This document shows positions 17,842-26,954 of a DNA stretch of 64,000 nucleotides, piece after piece. Made by a program: the position numbers and the translations under genes. The DNA is taken from IMG/VR virus record IMGVR_UViG_3300046059_000013. One strand, 5' to 3'. The stretch is from a virus. How positions within the stretch are numbered: position 1 is the first letter of the stretch; every line of letters starts with the position of its first letter. The notes below the pieces were generated by a model. It ran no database searches and was not told the DNA's origin. It worked only from the letters and a program-made list of their open reading frames with translations.

Positions 17842-19025
17842 CTATTCTTCTTCCCACTCCATGTCCTCTTCGCTCGCGTCCTCAATAGGCTCGCCGGTCC
17901 ATGGGTCGATGCCGTCCTCCAGCATCGTTTGCGCGTTCTCGTACTCTTCATCGTCTTCATGCACGGGCCCGTGCTCCTCGCGGTCCGTCTGCCTCGTGGG
18001 CTCCTGGGACAAGCCCGTCATGTTCCCTTCCGACCGCTTCACGCGCGTATTCTTCTCCCTGTCCGACACAGGCTCGCGAACCTCGCCCACGCGGCGCGAA
18101 ACCGGGTCCAGGTCCTCTACTCGTCGCTGGATGCCGCCGGCTCCACCACGCTTCCCTCGTCCTCGTTGCTCTGGGTGCTCGAGAGGTTCTGCGTCTTCCC
18201 CTCCGAGCGCGAAGACGGCGACGTTCCCGAAACTCCAGTAGAGGTCTTCGAGCCGCTCGGTGCGCCGCCTTTGCTGGCCCCTTCGGACGGCCCGGTAGAA
18301 CCGGAGGAGCCTTTGCTTGTTCCACCAGCCGCCTTGTCGTTCAAGGCTTCGCTTGAGGTCTCGAGGAGAGATTGAATACGCTCGTCCGACAGCGTGGAGG
18401 ACGTCTGTTGGCGAGTGGTCTGGCCAGTCGCCATCCCTTGCAGCGCCGCGAAAAAATCCTGGTTGAACCCCAACCAGCCAAGCAGTCGATACTCGAGCGT
18501 GGTCCGGTACGAGGGCGGCATCGTCCAGAACGCATCCACGTGGTCAAGTGGGTACTGCTTGTTGTCCTCGTCCTCGTACTGGGCATGTTCGTCTTCGGAC
18601 AGGTGGTTACTAAACACGCGGAACGCTTGCGGCTTCACGATGGTGGCGCGGAGCGCCGTCTCGATGGCTTGGTTCCATGTTTCCTCGTCTGCGCCTTTCG
18701 CCTCGGCCAGGCTCACGAGAATGGCGTCGGACTCGTCCGGTTCCTCCACGATAGTTTCGATGAGGATGGGCGTGCCTTGGTCGTCCACGCCTGCGGGAAT
18801 CTCCCACGTTTCGCGAACCTTGCCGCTGTCCTCATCCCGCGTGGATGCCGCCTCGCGCCAGTCGTCAACGACGCGCCCGGTTTGCTGTTCTTGGGCTTGG
18901 CGGAGCTGTTCCTCGATTTCGTTGTCGCTCATTCCCGAGTCTCGGAGTTCGGCGACGAGCGTTTCGAGGGCGTCCTGGTTGAAGGCGTCGTTGAACGCTT
19001 CGGGCTCGTCCTCGGGCGGCATCAA
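17842..19025 (-). CDS. Tail assembly chaperone GT-like product via -1 frameshift at T TTT TTC (18456-18450)
   Basis: Canonical slippery heptamer. The -1 frame is open to 17842 and reads protein-like (DVLHAVGRAYSISPRDL...RLLRFYRAV). Confidence 0.75.
18117..19025 (-). CDS. Tail assembly chaperone (G-like)
   Basis: Between tube and tape measure; low-complexity Ser/Gly tail after NQDFF. Confidence 0.75.
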   Translation of the reverse strand: MMPPEDEPEAFNDAFNQDALETLVAELRDSGMSDNEIEEQLRQAQEQQTGRVVDDWREAASTRDEDSGKVRETWEIPAGVDDQGTPILIETIVEEPDESDAILVSLAEAKGADEETWNQAIETALRATIVKPQAFRVFSNHLSEDEHAQYEDEDNKQYPLDHVDAFWTMPPSYRTTLEYRLLGWLGFNQDFFAALQGMATGQTTRQQTSSTLSDERIQSLLETSSEALNDKAAGGTSKGSSGSTGPSEGASKGGAPSGSKTSTGVSGTSPSSRSEGKTQNLSSTQSNEDEGSVVEPAASSDE

Positions 19026-19076
19026 ATCTGCTCATGGAGTGAGAGACAATAAAACAAGCGAGCCACCCCCAGGCCT

Positions 19077-19538
19077 TCAAAACAAGAGAGACACGTGCGG
19101 TGCGATGCTGCTCCACGCCGCGTCGAGGGGGGTAGGCCAGCCAAGCGCGTGCTCGACAGCATCATCCACAGCAACAAGAACCCCAACCAAAGCGATGACA
19201 CGCCACTTGAGGGCGTACTCTTCCCACTTGGGGTCCAGCCACCCTGGCGGGTTGGGAAGACACGTGTACGGTGCTAGGACGCCATCGTAGAGAATGACGA
19301 GAAAAGCCAGAACCGTTGCAACCAAGGTGAGGGTTGCACCCATCACGGGGTAGTACGGCCACGCGAAAAGAAACGAAAACAAGGCCAACCCAAGGAGCGA
19401 AGCCGTAATAGCAGGCTCGCGCTCCCGATAGTCATCCCAGACGACGAGCAACGCTAGGAAAGCCACGAGCACGCCCCACGTGAAATGGTGCGGGGCGAAC
19501 GCTGCACCGTCCGGGACCACGTCAACCGGGAACGCCAT
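19077..19538 (-). CDS. Multi-TM membrane protein (PHHFTWG motif)
   Basis: About four hydrophobic helices. Confidence 0.75.
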   Translation of the reverse strand: MAFPVDVVPDGAAFAPHHFTWGVLVAFLALLVVWDDYREREPAITASLLGLALFSFLFAWPYYPVMGATLTLVATVLAFLVILYDGVLAPYTCLPNPPGWLDPKWEEYALKWRVIALVGVLVAVDDAVEHALGWPTPLDAAWSSIAPHVSLLF

Positions 19539-19561
19539 TTTTATTCCTCTAGACCGTCTGG

Positions 19562-19990
19562 TTAGTCCTCGCGGTCCTTGTAGTCGCGAATGTAACCAAT
19601 ACCAGTAACGTCGTACGTTACGGGCTCCTGCTCGTCCTGCCCAACGTTCGTGCCACCACCGTTGACGACACCTTCCCGCGTACCCAGAGCAACCTCCTGC
19701 CCAGGGTCATACGCATCAATATTACGGGCCAGGACAACCTTGACCTCGACCTCGCGCTCGCTGTTCACCAGGTCCTCAACGAACTCCTTGTCGCGGGACA
19801 CTTGGAGAATGCTGAACGAAAAGTCCACGCCGTTCGCGTTGCGGCGATGGTTCCAACCCACGCGGCGCTGACCGCTGGCCTCGATGGGCGTCGCGTCACC
19901 TTCCTGGCTGATGTCGCTGGCCGAGTCGAACCCTTCAATAACGCGACCCGCAACAACCAGGTCCCAGTCTCCACCGTCGTAGTTAGGCAT
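19562..19990 (-). CDS. Tail tube protein
   Basis: 142 aa beta-rich, immediately after the sheath; YD...W.L.V.GR.IEGF. Confidence 0.8.
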   Translation of the reverse strand: MPNYDGGDWDLVVAGRVIEGFDSASDISQEGDATPIEASGQRRVGWNHRRNANGVDFSFSILQVSRDKEFVEDLVNSEREVEVKVVLARNIDAYDPGQEVALGTREGVVNGGGTNVGQDEQEPVTYDVTGIGYIRDYKDRED

Positions 19991-20046
19991 TTAGCGTTCA
20001 CCTCGAGGGGGTAGAACCGTTCTAGGGGTTTCCTGCATCATTTTTA

Positions 20047-21426
20047 TCAGAGGTCGATGTCGAGGTCGATGTTGGTTACATGCACCTGCGGGAGGATGCG
20101 AACGGTGACCTGGAAGAAGTCCAGGACACGGTCCACACGGTCTGCGTCGCTCACGTCACTCAGGCGAGGCTCGTTGACCTGAACGTCACCGGGCGACGTT
20201 CCCACAACGTTCTGGCGTTGCAGGTTCCCGATTTCCTGCTCGATAACCCCCTTGAGCGCCTGGATACCAGCATCCGAAATGGGAATGGCCTCCGGGCTCT
20301 CACGCCGAGCCGCCTTGATGCCTTCCTGAATCTGGCGTTCGACCGCGACCTTTCCTCGAGTGTTCGAGAAGAACGTGTCAAACGTGCCGAGGCCGGTGAC
20401 AGCGCGGTCGTTCGAGATGCGGAAGTTGTTCTGCAAGTCGCGGAACACAGCGTTGAACCCCTGGTTGTGGAACGTGTCAGCGTCCGAGGACTGGTCTGCC
20501 CCGAAATCGCTGTACGAGTACCCCTGGTCAATAGTCACGCCCTCGGGGGCCAGGGCCTCCTTCGTGGTGCCCATGATGCCGATGCTGGCACGGTACGCGC
20601 ACCACGCGCTCGAAAGGTCCCCCGAGTAGTGCGCGGCGAGCACGCATAGGTTGGGCTCTGGGTTGAGCGCGTCGGAAATGTCCTTCGTGGTGTCCCCACT
20701 CGGACTGTCAGCCGAGGGGTCCGCGCCGCTTTCGAGAACCGCTGTCACGAGGCGCTTGTGCCGGTTAACTGTGACCTCGTTGAGAATCTCTTTGTAGCGA
20801 CCGAACGTGGCCGCGTTCAGGGGCTCGTCCGGGATGGTCACCAGCTCGAACGGGTGCTCAAGCAGGTTGCCTAGTGGGCCCAGCGTGTCGAGCTTCTTCC
20901 ACGAAATCTCGACACCGGTGTGCGTGGTGTCCGCGTTGAAATCGCCTGTGTCCGTGTTGATGAGCACGGTGTCCGAGTCCGGGGTCTGCGTGCTCGGGTC
21001 GTCCACCGTGTATTGGACCGTGAGCGTGGTTTCGGTGGTGGCGCCTTGGCTGTCCTTTCCAACGGCGGTCGTGCTCGACGGGCTCGTTGGCGTTTCCTCC
21101 CAAATGGGCAGGTCCGAATCGGGCAGACTATCCTGCGTGGAGCTGAAGAACGAGGTGAAGGGAGAATCGCTATCCTCGTCAGCCGCTACAGCCCAGACTT
21201 GGCTGTTGTTTTGGAGCGCGGCCTCGACACCGTCCGCGGCGGCGCTTCCTTCCCCGTGGTCGCTTCGCGCCGTGCTTGAGACGATGTACCGGTTCGTCTC
21301 ACCAGCGCCGATGGTGGCGTTGCTGTCAAGGGGACTGACGATGGCCGGGACGCGCCGACCGATGGGGGCGCGGGAGGTGGCGCCGGTGCGGGTCGTGATG
21401 TTGGTAAGCTCGGTGCTTGTGGCCAT
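20047..21426 (-). CDS. Tail sheath protein
   Basis: C-terminal GFNAVF..R.SND, IP.SDAGI..L, DR.DR.L...V.V sheath signature. Confidence 0.85.
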   Translation of the reverse strand: MATSTELTNITTRTGATSRAPIGRRVPAIVSPLDSNATIGAGETNRYIVSSTARSDHGEGSAAADGVEAALQNNSQVWAVAADEDSDSPFTSFFSSTQDSLPDSDLPIWEETPTSPSSTTAVGKDSQGATTETTLTVQYTVDDPSTQTPDSDTVLINTDTGDFNADTTHTGVEISWKKLDTLGPLGNLLEHPFELVTIPDEPLNAATFGRYKEILNEVTVNRHKRLVTAVLESGADPSADSPSGDTTKDISDALNPEPNLCVLAAHYSGDLSSAWCAYRASIGIMGTTKEALAPEGVTIDQGYSYSDFGADQSSDADTFHNQGFNAVFRDLQNNFRISNDRAVTGLGTFDTFFSNTRGKVAVERQIQEGIKAARRESPEAIPISDAGIQALKGVIEQEIGNLQRQNVVGTSPGDVQVNEPRLSDVSDADRVDRVLDFFQVTVRILPQVHVTNIDLDIDL

Positions 21427-21535
21427 CTCGCTCTCGGTGACTCATTCTATCAGAGCGGAATAAAAAGGGAGCGAACCAGTCTGGCCCGGGCCTAGCTGTT
21501 TCGCCGCTTCTTCCGTGGGTTCAACCCCTAGTGGG

Positions 21536-21570
21536 GGAACCATACGGCTTTAGCCGTGGGAGGATGTCAG
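21536..21570 (+). mobile_element. Orphan IS605-type right end (hairpin + GGGAGGATGTCAG)
   Basis: 30/35 identical to the reverse complement of 43602-43636, with a compensatory stem change. Confidence 0.7.
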
Positions 21571-22499
21571 TCGTCGGTGAGGAGGATGTTGCCCTCATCG
21601 CTGAGGAGGATGTTGCCCTCATCGGTGACGAAGGTGTCGGCCCCAAACTGGAAGTCCACAGTCCCCTCGTCAGCACCTTCCCCAGCCCGCATAATGAACC
21701 GACCAGCAAGGCGCTTGTCTTCAGGAGGCTGTGCGTTCCGATTCCGGCGAAGCACGACCTGCATCATGCCCGTGACCGTGGACTCGCCTTCCTGCACTCC
21801 GATGTCGGTTAAATCGCGAATGTCCTCGAGGTGATATGCGCCATCTTGCAGGCTGTGGCCGCGGTAGAAAGCGGCAAGGTCAGAAAGGAAGTCCGTGGTC
21901 TCCTCAAGCACGTCGCTCTTTGAGTAGTCGATGCTCGCGTTCGCGTTGCTGGACGGGACCTCACTTCCGTGAATGATGAGGTTCATCATCCGGGTCTCCC
22001 ACGAGATGCGCGTCTCGCTAACGAGACGATGGTTGTAGTCAATCGTGAACTCCGTGTCCTCGTCCGGCGTGTCGCCGCCGTCGAGCCACTTGATTGCATG
22101 AGGAAGCGAACGCAGAGCGTTCGTGAAAATCTCGAAGTCATAGTCCTCGGTGAAGGTGTGATTAGAACCGTTCAAAGTGCCGGAGACGCTGTTAATGGAG
22201 GAGATGTCCTTTTCGTGCACGTCGTAAACGTCCTGCGTGGACGTGTACGTGGTGGTCGTGGTGTCTTGCTTGTTCTTGGAGACGTTTTTGCCGCGTTTGC
22301 TTTTCATCGAGCGCTTGATGTTGCCTGGTTCGATTTCGATGAGGGGAACGCTTTCGCTGGACAGGTCGTCGTGGTCCACGTTCACTTCGGTGCCGTCGAC
22401 GAGGGTAAGGGGGAGTTTGTCCCCGTTTTGCATTTGCACGGGGTCGGCTTTGTCGTGGAGGAACTCGCCGAGCGCTTTGATGGCGTTCGCCGTGACCAT
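21567..22499 (-). CDS. Tail terminator/completion-like protein with inserted Ig-like domain
   Basis: Immediately upstream of the sheath; central beta-rich insert (GSNHTFTEDYDF...PDEDTEFTIDY). Confidence 0.5.
   Translation of the reverse strand: MVTANAIKALGEFLHDKADPVQMQNGDKLPLTLVDGTEVNVDHDDLSSESVPLIEIEPGNIKRSMKSKRGKNVSKNKQDTTTTTYTSTQDVYDVHEKDISSINSVSGTLNGSNHTFTEDYDFEIFTNALRSLPHAIKWLDGGDTPDEDTEFTIDYNHRLVSETRISWETRMMNLIIHGSEVPSSNANASIDYSKSDVLEETTDFLSDLAAFYRGHSLQDGAYHLEDIRDLTDIGVQEGESTVTGMMQVVLRRNRNAQPPEDKRLAGRFIMRAGEGADEGTVDFQFGADTFVTDEGNILLSDEGNILLTDD
21578..21625. repeat. 24-nt tandem duplication (DEGNILL(S/T) x2)
   Basis: TGAGGAGGATGTTGCCCTCATCG(C/G) twice. Confidence 0.95.
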
Positions 22500-22591
22500 C
22501 TGGTTCGTGGTTCTTGCTTCGAGCGTTAAAACCCAGCGATAAGCGCCCGGAAGCCAAACCCTTAACCATGGACGGTTTCCTGGCCTGGCAG

Positions 22592-23710
22592 ATGCGCGTA
22601 GCGCTCTTCGGCCAAGTCTGGGGCCGCGTCTCCTACGCCCTCCTCAACAGAGCCTACGCCCTCGGCCTACACAATCAAGGCCACGACGTTCGCGTCATTC
22701 CCGCCGGAAGCATCGACGCAACACAGTACCACGACGACGAAATGCGCCACGTTGAAGAACTCTGCGTAAACAGCAAACCCGAAGCAGACGAAACCGTTCG
22801 CGAGTGGAGCGACGCCCGACTCCTCGTCCTCGTCCCCACCGCCGTGCGCTACCTGGACTCGCACGACTGGCCCGCCAACGACTGGGCCATTCACACCGTG
22901 TGGGAAACAGACCGCGTGCAACAAGGATGGGTCCCCCTCTTGAACCGGTTCAAGGCCACCATCACCGCAACCACGTGGAACCAGCACGTGTTCGAGCGAC
23001 AGGGAGTCACGAACGTAACCAACCGCGTGGCTCCAGAAGGCATCGACCCAAGCACTTACTACCCTGAGCACGAGAGCGACGACCAGCTCACGTTCGTCAC
23101 CGTCGCCGACTTCAACGCGCGCAAAGGCCTCCGCCAACTCCTCACCACGTTCGCGCACGTGTTCGGCGGCGGGAAAGACGCCAAGCTCCTCGTGAAAACC
23201 TGGTCGATGCGGGGCGAGGATATTGACGAAACCGCTGAGCGTATCAACCAGTTCGCAAGCGACTTCGGCGCCGACATTCGACCCATTACCACGCCCTTGC
23301 AACCCGAGGAGATGCGGCGCTTCTACTGTCGCGGCGATGCGTTCGTGTTGCCCACGCGCGGGGAGGGATGGTGTCGCCCGGCGATGGAGGCGCTCGCGTG
23401 CGGTACCCTCCCAATTGTGACGGGGTGGAGCGCGCACGAAGAATGGCTCAACGAGGACTACGCGCGGTTCCTAGACTACGAACTAACGGAGCCCCGGCGG
23501 CGTGTGGCGGGGTACAAGGCACCGCAGAAGTGGGCGGTCACGAGCTCGAAGGACCTGGCCGAGGCGATGGCCGACGTAGCTAACAACCGGGAGGGTGTTG
23601 CTGAGACTGCGCGCGAGGGGTCGGGTTGGGTTCGTGAGAATTGGAACAACGGGCACGCCGCGGAGAGGTTGGAAGACGCGCTGGTGCAAGTTTTTGAAAG
23701 TGGAACTTGA
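22592..23710 (+). CDS. Glycosyltransferase, GT4 (GT-B fold)
   Basis: APEGIDP, RKG..LL..F, FVLPTRGEGWCRPAMEALACG (Ex7E). AAACCCTTAA lies about 27 nt upstream of ATG 22592 (leaderless start inferred). Confidence 0.9.
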   Translation: MRVALFGQVWGRVSYALLNRAYALGLHNQGHDVRVIPAGSIDATQYHDDEMRHVEELCVNSKPEADETVREWSDARLLVLVPTAVRYLDSHDWPANDWAIHTVWETDRVQQGWVPLLNRFKATITATTWNQHVFERQGVTNVTNRVAPEGIDPSTYYPEHESDDQLTFVTVADFNARKGLRQLLTTFAHVFGGGKDAKLLVKTWSMRGEDIDETAERINQFASDFGADIRPITTPLQPEEMRRFYCRGDAFVLPTRGEGWCRPAMEALACGTLPIVTGWSAHEEWLNEDYARFLDYELTEPRRRVAGYKAPQKWAVTSSKDLAEAMADVANNREGVAETAREGSGWVRENWNNGHAAERLEDALVQVFESGT

Positions 23711-23735
23711 GAAGCAAAAGAGAGATGCTTGAAGC

Positions 23736-24122
23736 ATGACCAAAACTATCACGGTTCCCGAAAGCGAGGAAAAGATAGAGGCCCGCATCGACGAAATCGA
23801 ACAGGAGCTCGAAGACGAGCGATGCATCGGGGCCCCCGAGCATGTGAACTGCACATGGTGCGAGCTGATAAGCGAGAAGAATATACTCGAGAAGGTGCTC
23901 GACAATCGCGGCGGGTTCGAGGCCGTCATCGGCAAAGGGCAACGCTCTTGCACCGCCCAATTCAAGTTGCAAGACGAAGCACCGATTAATCTTCGCAGCG
24001 GGGACACGGCCAGGCTCATCATCCCCACAACGGACGGTGACATTAGCATCGCCGTCGAGGCAAAGAAAACGCACGTCAACGTCGATGCCACCAGTCTTCC
24101 CAGGGAGAATCTGGAAACGTGA
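23736..24122 (+). CDS. Hypothetical protein (CTWC motif)
   Basis: Co-oriented ORF between the GT and the sulfotransferases. Confidence 0.65.
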   Translation: MTKTITVPESEEKIEARIDEIEQELEDERCIGAPEHVNCTWCELISEKNILEKVLDNRGGFEAVIGKGQRSCTAQFKLQDEAPINLRSGDTARLIIPTTDGDISIAVEAKKTHVNVDATSLPRENLET

Positions 24123-24790
24123 CACGCTTTTTCGCTGTCGGCACGGGCCGGTGCGGCACCAAGTACCTCGCCAACCTTCTCCAAACCAACAACGTGAACG
24201 ATGCGTATTGGGAAAAGGAACCCTTCCTGGAGGAGCGTCTCCTCGCCTACTGGAAAGGCGAGCTCAACCAAGGCCGCACACGAGACCTCATCAAGGACCT
24301 AAAGCGCACACGCAACGACGTGTTCTTCGAAGCCAACCACGCGCTCACCTTCGGGATGCCCCTCCTCCTCGACGTGTTCCTCGACGCGCGCTTCGTCCAC
24401 TTGCACCGGGCCCCGGACCCGTGCATCACCTCGCACCTGCGAAACTCACCAAGCGTCAACCTCGAAAGCCGATGGACCGCGGACGAAAAATTCACCGCCG
24501 CCTGCAAATGGTGGTCGATGAAGAACGGGTTCATCCTGGGATTGCGGGAGCGAATCGAGGACGAACTTGTCCTCGACCTCCCGTTCGAGGACCTTGTCTC
24601 GGGCGAGGTGGACGCGCTCCAGGACTTCCTCGGCATGGAGTTCGAGCACGACGAAACCGCGGCGATGAACAAGACCAGCCAATACCGCGCCGACAATTTT
24701 CCACCGCCAACCGAGTGGAGCGACGAGAAGTGGGACACGCTCGAAGAGACGTGCGGGGAAGTTGCGGAGGCCCTCGGGTACGATGTGTAA
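24119..24790 (+). CDS. PAPS-dependent sulfotransferase 1
   Basis: 5'-PSB GTGRCGT; 3'-PB FVHLHR.P..CITS; L.FEDL. Confidence 0.85.
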   Translation: MTRFFAVGTGRCGTKYLANLLQTNNVNDAYWEKEPFLEERLLAYWKGELNQGRTRDLIKDLKRTRNDVFFEANHALTFGMPLLLDVFLDARFVHLHRAPDPCITSHLRNSPSVNLESRWTADEKFTAACKWWSMKNGFILGLRERIEDELVLDLPFEDLVSGEVDALQDFLGMEFEHDETAAMNKTSQYRADNFPPPTEWSDEKWDTLEETCGEVAEALGYDV

Positions 24791-25376
24791 GCCAACGGTC
24801 AAGGTATGGGGCCTTCAACGAAGCGGCACGAACTGGTTTCGCCTCCTATTGGACAAGAACCTCGAGTGCCGCACGGTCGTCCACGACGACGTGTGGAAAC
24901 ACGCCCCACCCGCGAGCCTGGACCCAGGCAAGAAGCACGTTTACATCACGAAGCACCCGCTCTCGTGGCTCGTCTCGTACAAGAACTATCGAGCCCAAGA
25001 GAGCGGCGTGGAACCGGATGCGTTCACAAGCCTCCAACTGTACGCCAGTTGGCACCAAGCCTGGAACAATAAAAACGCGCTTCATGTTCGGTACGAGGAC
25101 GCACTCCACAACCCCAAAAAGGAGGGAGTTGGCGCGGTGAAGCACGCTTATGACTTTGACGAGTCCCCCCTCTACTTTCGGAACTTGGAAGGGCGCGTGA
25201 TGCCTGCGGACAACGACGCGCAAGTCCGCCTCGGCGGCTCCTTTGACGCCTCCTACTACTTGGACGAGGAATGGCTTGACGAGTACGAGAACGAGACAGC
25301 AAGCGCGCTGTGGTCCTGGATGAAAGAACGCAACCTGACCCGCGTGGCGGGGAGCCTCGGGTACGCTGACCGCTAG
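24783..25376 (+). CDS. PAPS-dependent sulfotransferase 2
   Basis: GLQRSGTNW; WKH; ITKHPLSWLVSY; VRYEDAL.NP. Confidence 0.85.
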   Translation: MCKPTVKVWGLQRSGTNWFRLLLDKNLECRTVVHDDVWKHAPPASLDPGKKHVYITKHPLSWLVSYKNYRAQESGVEPDAFTSLQLYASWHQAWNNKNALHVRYEDALHNPKKEGVGAVKHAYDFDESPLYFRNLEGRVMPADNDAQVRLGGSFDASYYLDEEWLDEYENETASALWSWMKERNLTRVAGSLGYADR

Positions 25377-25549
25377 ACAGGGTCGAAGTTGTCGCTGAAG
25401 TTCGCCTTTCGAGCGGCGCGCTCGTTCACGTCCTGAACCTCGCCCACCTCGTTAAACGTGTACGAGTCCGCGTCACTAGGCCCGGCTGGGTTGACCTCGA
25501 GCGTGACGGGTGTCGCGGACTCGGGCCCCGTATACTTGACTTCAGGCAC
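25373..25549 (-). CDS. Small acidic protein (58 aa, MPEVKYTGP...)
   Basis: GTG start after GAGG; last ORF of the appendage module. Confidence 0.55.
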   Translation of the reverse strand: MPEVKYTGPESATPVTLEVNPAGPSDADSYTFNEVGEVQDVNERAARKANFSDNFDPV

Positions 25550-25560
25550 CCTCTACACCT

Positions 25561-26502
25561 CTAGCTGTTCTTGTTCTGGGCGCGTAGAACCATCTCGAAC
25601 TGGTCCCCGTTAACCAGGTACAAGGGGTCTTCGAACACGTGACGGGCAAGCATCTTGCCGCTCGTCTCCGTGTCACCATCCGCCAGGTAATCGCTATCAC
25701 CATCGGGTGGCGGGCTCGTCGAGTTGAACACGCCCGTTTCGTTCACCGTGGCCGTATGGGTTGCCGTCCACGTGTGCCGGAACTCGCTCGTGTCGTTCGT
25801 TGCCGAGTTCGGGCTGGAATACTGGTTAATCGTGGCAGCAGCGCGGGAGAGTCCGTACCCGTCGCTGTTAGGGTCCGCGTCCGTGAACTCGTACCCGAGC
25901 GCGTCGTTGTTTGTTGCGATGGGCACGTTGTTCGTGCCGTTCCCGTACCCAAGCGCGATGGCGTTGAACCTCGATGGGTTCTTCGAGTAGTACAGGTCGT
26001 ACACGGTCAGGTAGTTCGTCTCGCGAACTCCCGGGTACACGACCGCCTCGTACGGTCGGTCGCCGCTAACGTCGGCTTCGCTGTCCACGTTCACTTGAAC
26101 GTCAACGGTGAGCGTGAAATGGTCGTCCGGGCTGAGAGAGAGAACCTTGTTGAACGCGGTGTGGAGCAGCATGGGCCCGCTGTTCGCGTTCGTGTCGTCG
26201 TCGGCGAACACGCCGAACTCGCTAACGTCCCGGTCCGCGGTTACAATCCACTTGTTCTCCCACCGCATCGTGTCCGCGGTGTAATCCGTGGTTTGGAGGT
26301 TCTGCACGTTGGCCTGCTCGCGGCTGAGGCCGCCGTCCGTGTGCTCGTTCTCGAGCTGGCTGTCCGTTTCCGTGATCGAGGGCGGGGCGCCTTCATCCGC
26401 GCTGCCGGTGCCCCAGCCTAGGGCGAGAACCCCGAACGGGCCGCCGCTGTCACCGTGCGTGAGGAGGGCGACGCGTTCGATTCCGTCTTCGGTAACCGTC
26501 AC
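25561..26502 (-). CDS. Virion fibre-attachment-like protein with a tandemly duplicated domain
   Basis: Two copies of ALG.G.G...GLSR..A...(S/N)E.G(V/F)F...G.ML....F....L...D.F. Confidence 0.65.
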   Translation of the reverse strand: MTVTEDGIERVALLTHGDSGGPFGVLALGWGTGSADEGAPPSITETDSQLENEHTDGGLSREQANVQNLQTTDYTADTMRWENKWIVTADRDVSEFGVFADDDTNANSGPMLLHTAFNKVLSLSPDDHFTLTVDVQVNVDSEADVSGDRPYEAVVYPGVRETNYLTVYDLYYSKNPSRFNAIALGYGNGTNNVPIATNNDALGYEFTDADPNSDGYGLSRAAATINQYSSPNSATNDTSEFRHTWTATHTATVNETGVFNSTSPPPDGDSDYLADGDTETSGKMLARHVFEDPLYLVNGDQFEMVLRAQNKNS

Positions 26503-26804
26503 GGTAGCACCCCCGGCGGGTTCTGGTCGAGGTAGTCATAGAGGTGGTCCGGGCCGGCGTCTTCTTCGATGATGACGTTGCCGTCTTCATCGAACTTGGG
26601 GCGAGCGTTATTGTCCTCGGTCACGATTTTGCCTTGCTTGAGCACGTTCCCGTCCTCATCGTAGAGGCGTTCGACCTCGGCATCGTTGCGGGGGTCGGTG
26701 ACGCTGACGACGTACGTGGCGCCGTGGTAGTGGTTGTTATTGGAGCCGCACGTGATGGTGCGCGTGTGGTACTCGTTGTAGGAGCGGGGTCCTTCAGGAG
26801 TCAT
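26499..26804 (-). CDS. Hypothetical protein
   Basis: Overlapping start/stop with neighbours; (Y/F)DEDGNV repeated. Confidence 0.6.
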   Translation of the reverse strand: MTPEGPRSYNEYHTRTITCGSNNNHYHGATYVVSVTDPRNDAEVERLYDEDGNVLKQGKIVTEDNNARPKFDEDGNVIIEEDAGPDHLYDYLDQNPPGVLP

Positions 26805-26954
26805 AGTTTACTCGTGTCTCGGTGACACCGTCTTCTTGGTCTCGCTTGCGGAAGACCTCGAGCTTCTTGTTTCCGTCTTCGTCTTCGACGGTGACTTCGG
26901 CCATTGGGTCTTCTTACGCAGAATGGGGTTTTAAAATGTTGGAAGTTGCTCGTG

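Noticed and set aside
21467-21542. tRNA-like 76-mer (GTGGG-TTCAACC-CCTAG ... ACCA)
   Set aside because: The T-arm and CCA look right, but the acceptor and anticodon stems do not pair; better explained by IS-end hairpins.
21560-21630. CRISPR array
   Set aside because: Two adjacent copies with no spacer, inside a coding end; no cas genes in the window.
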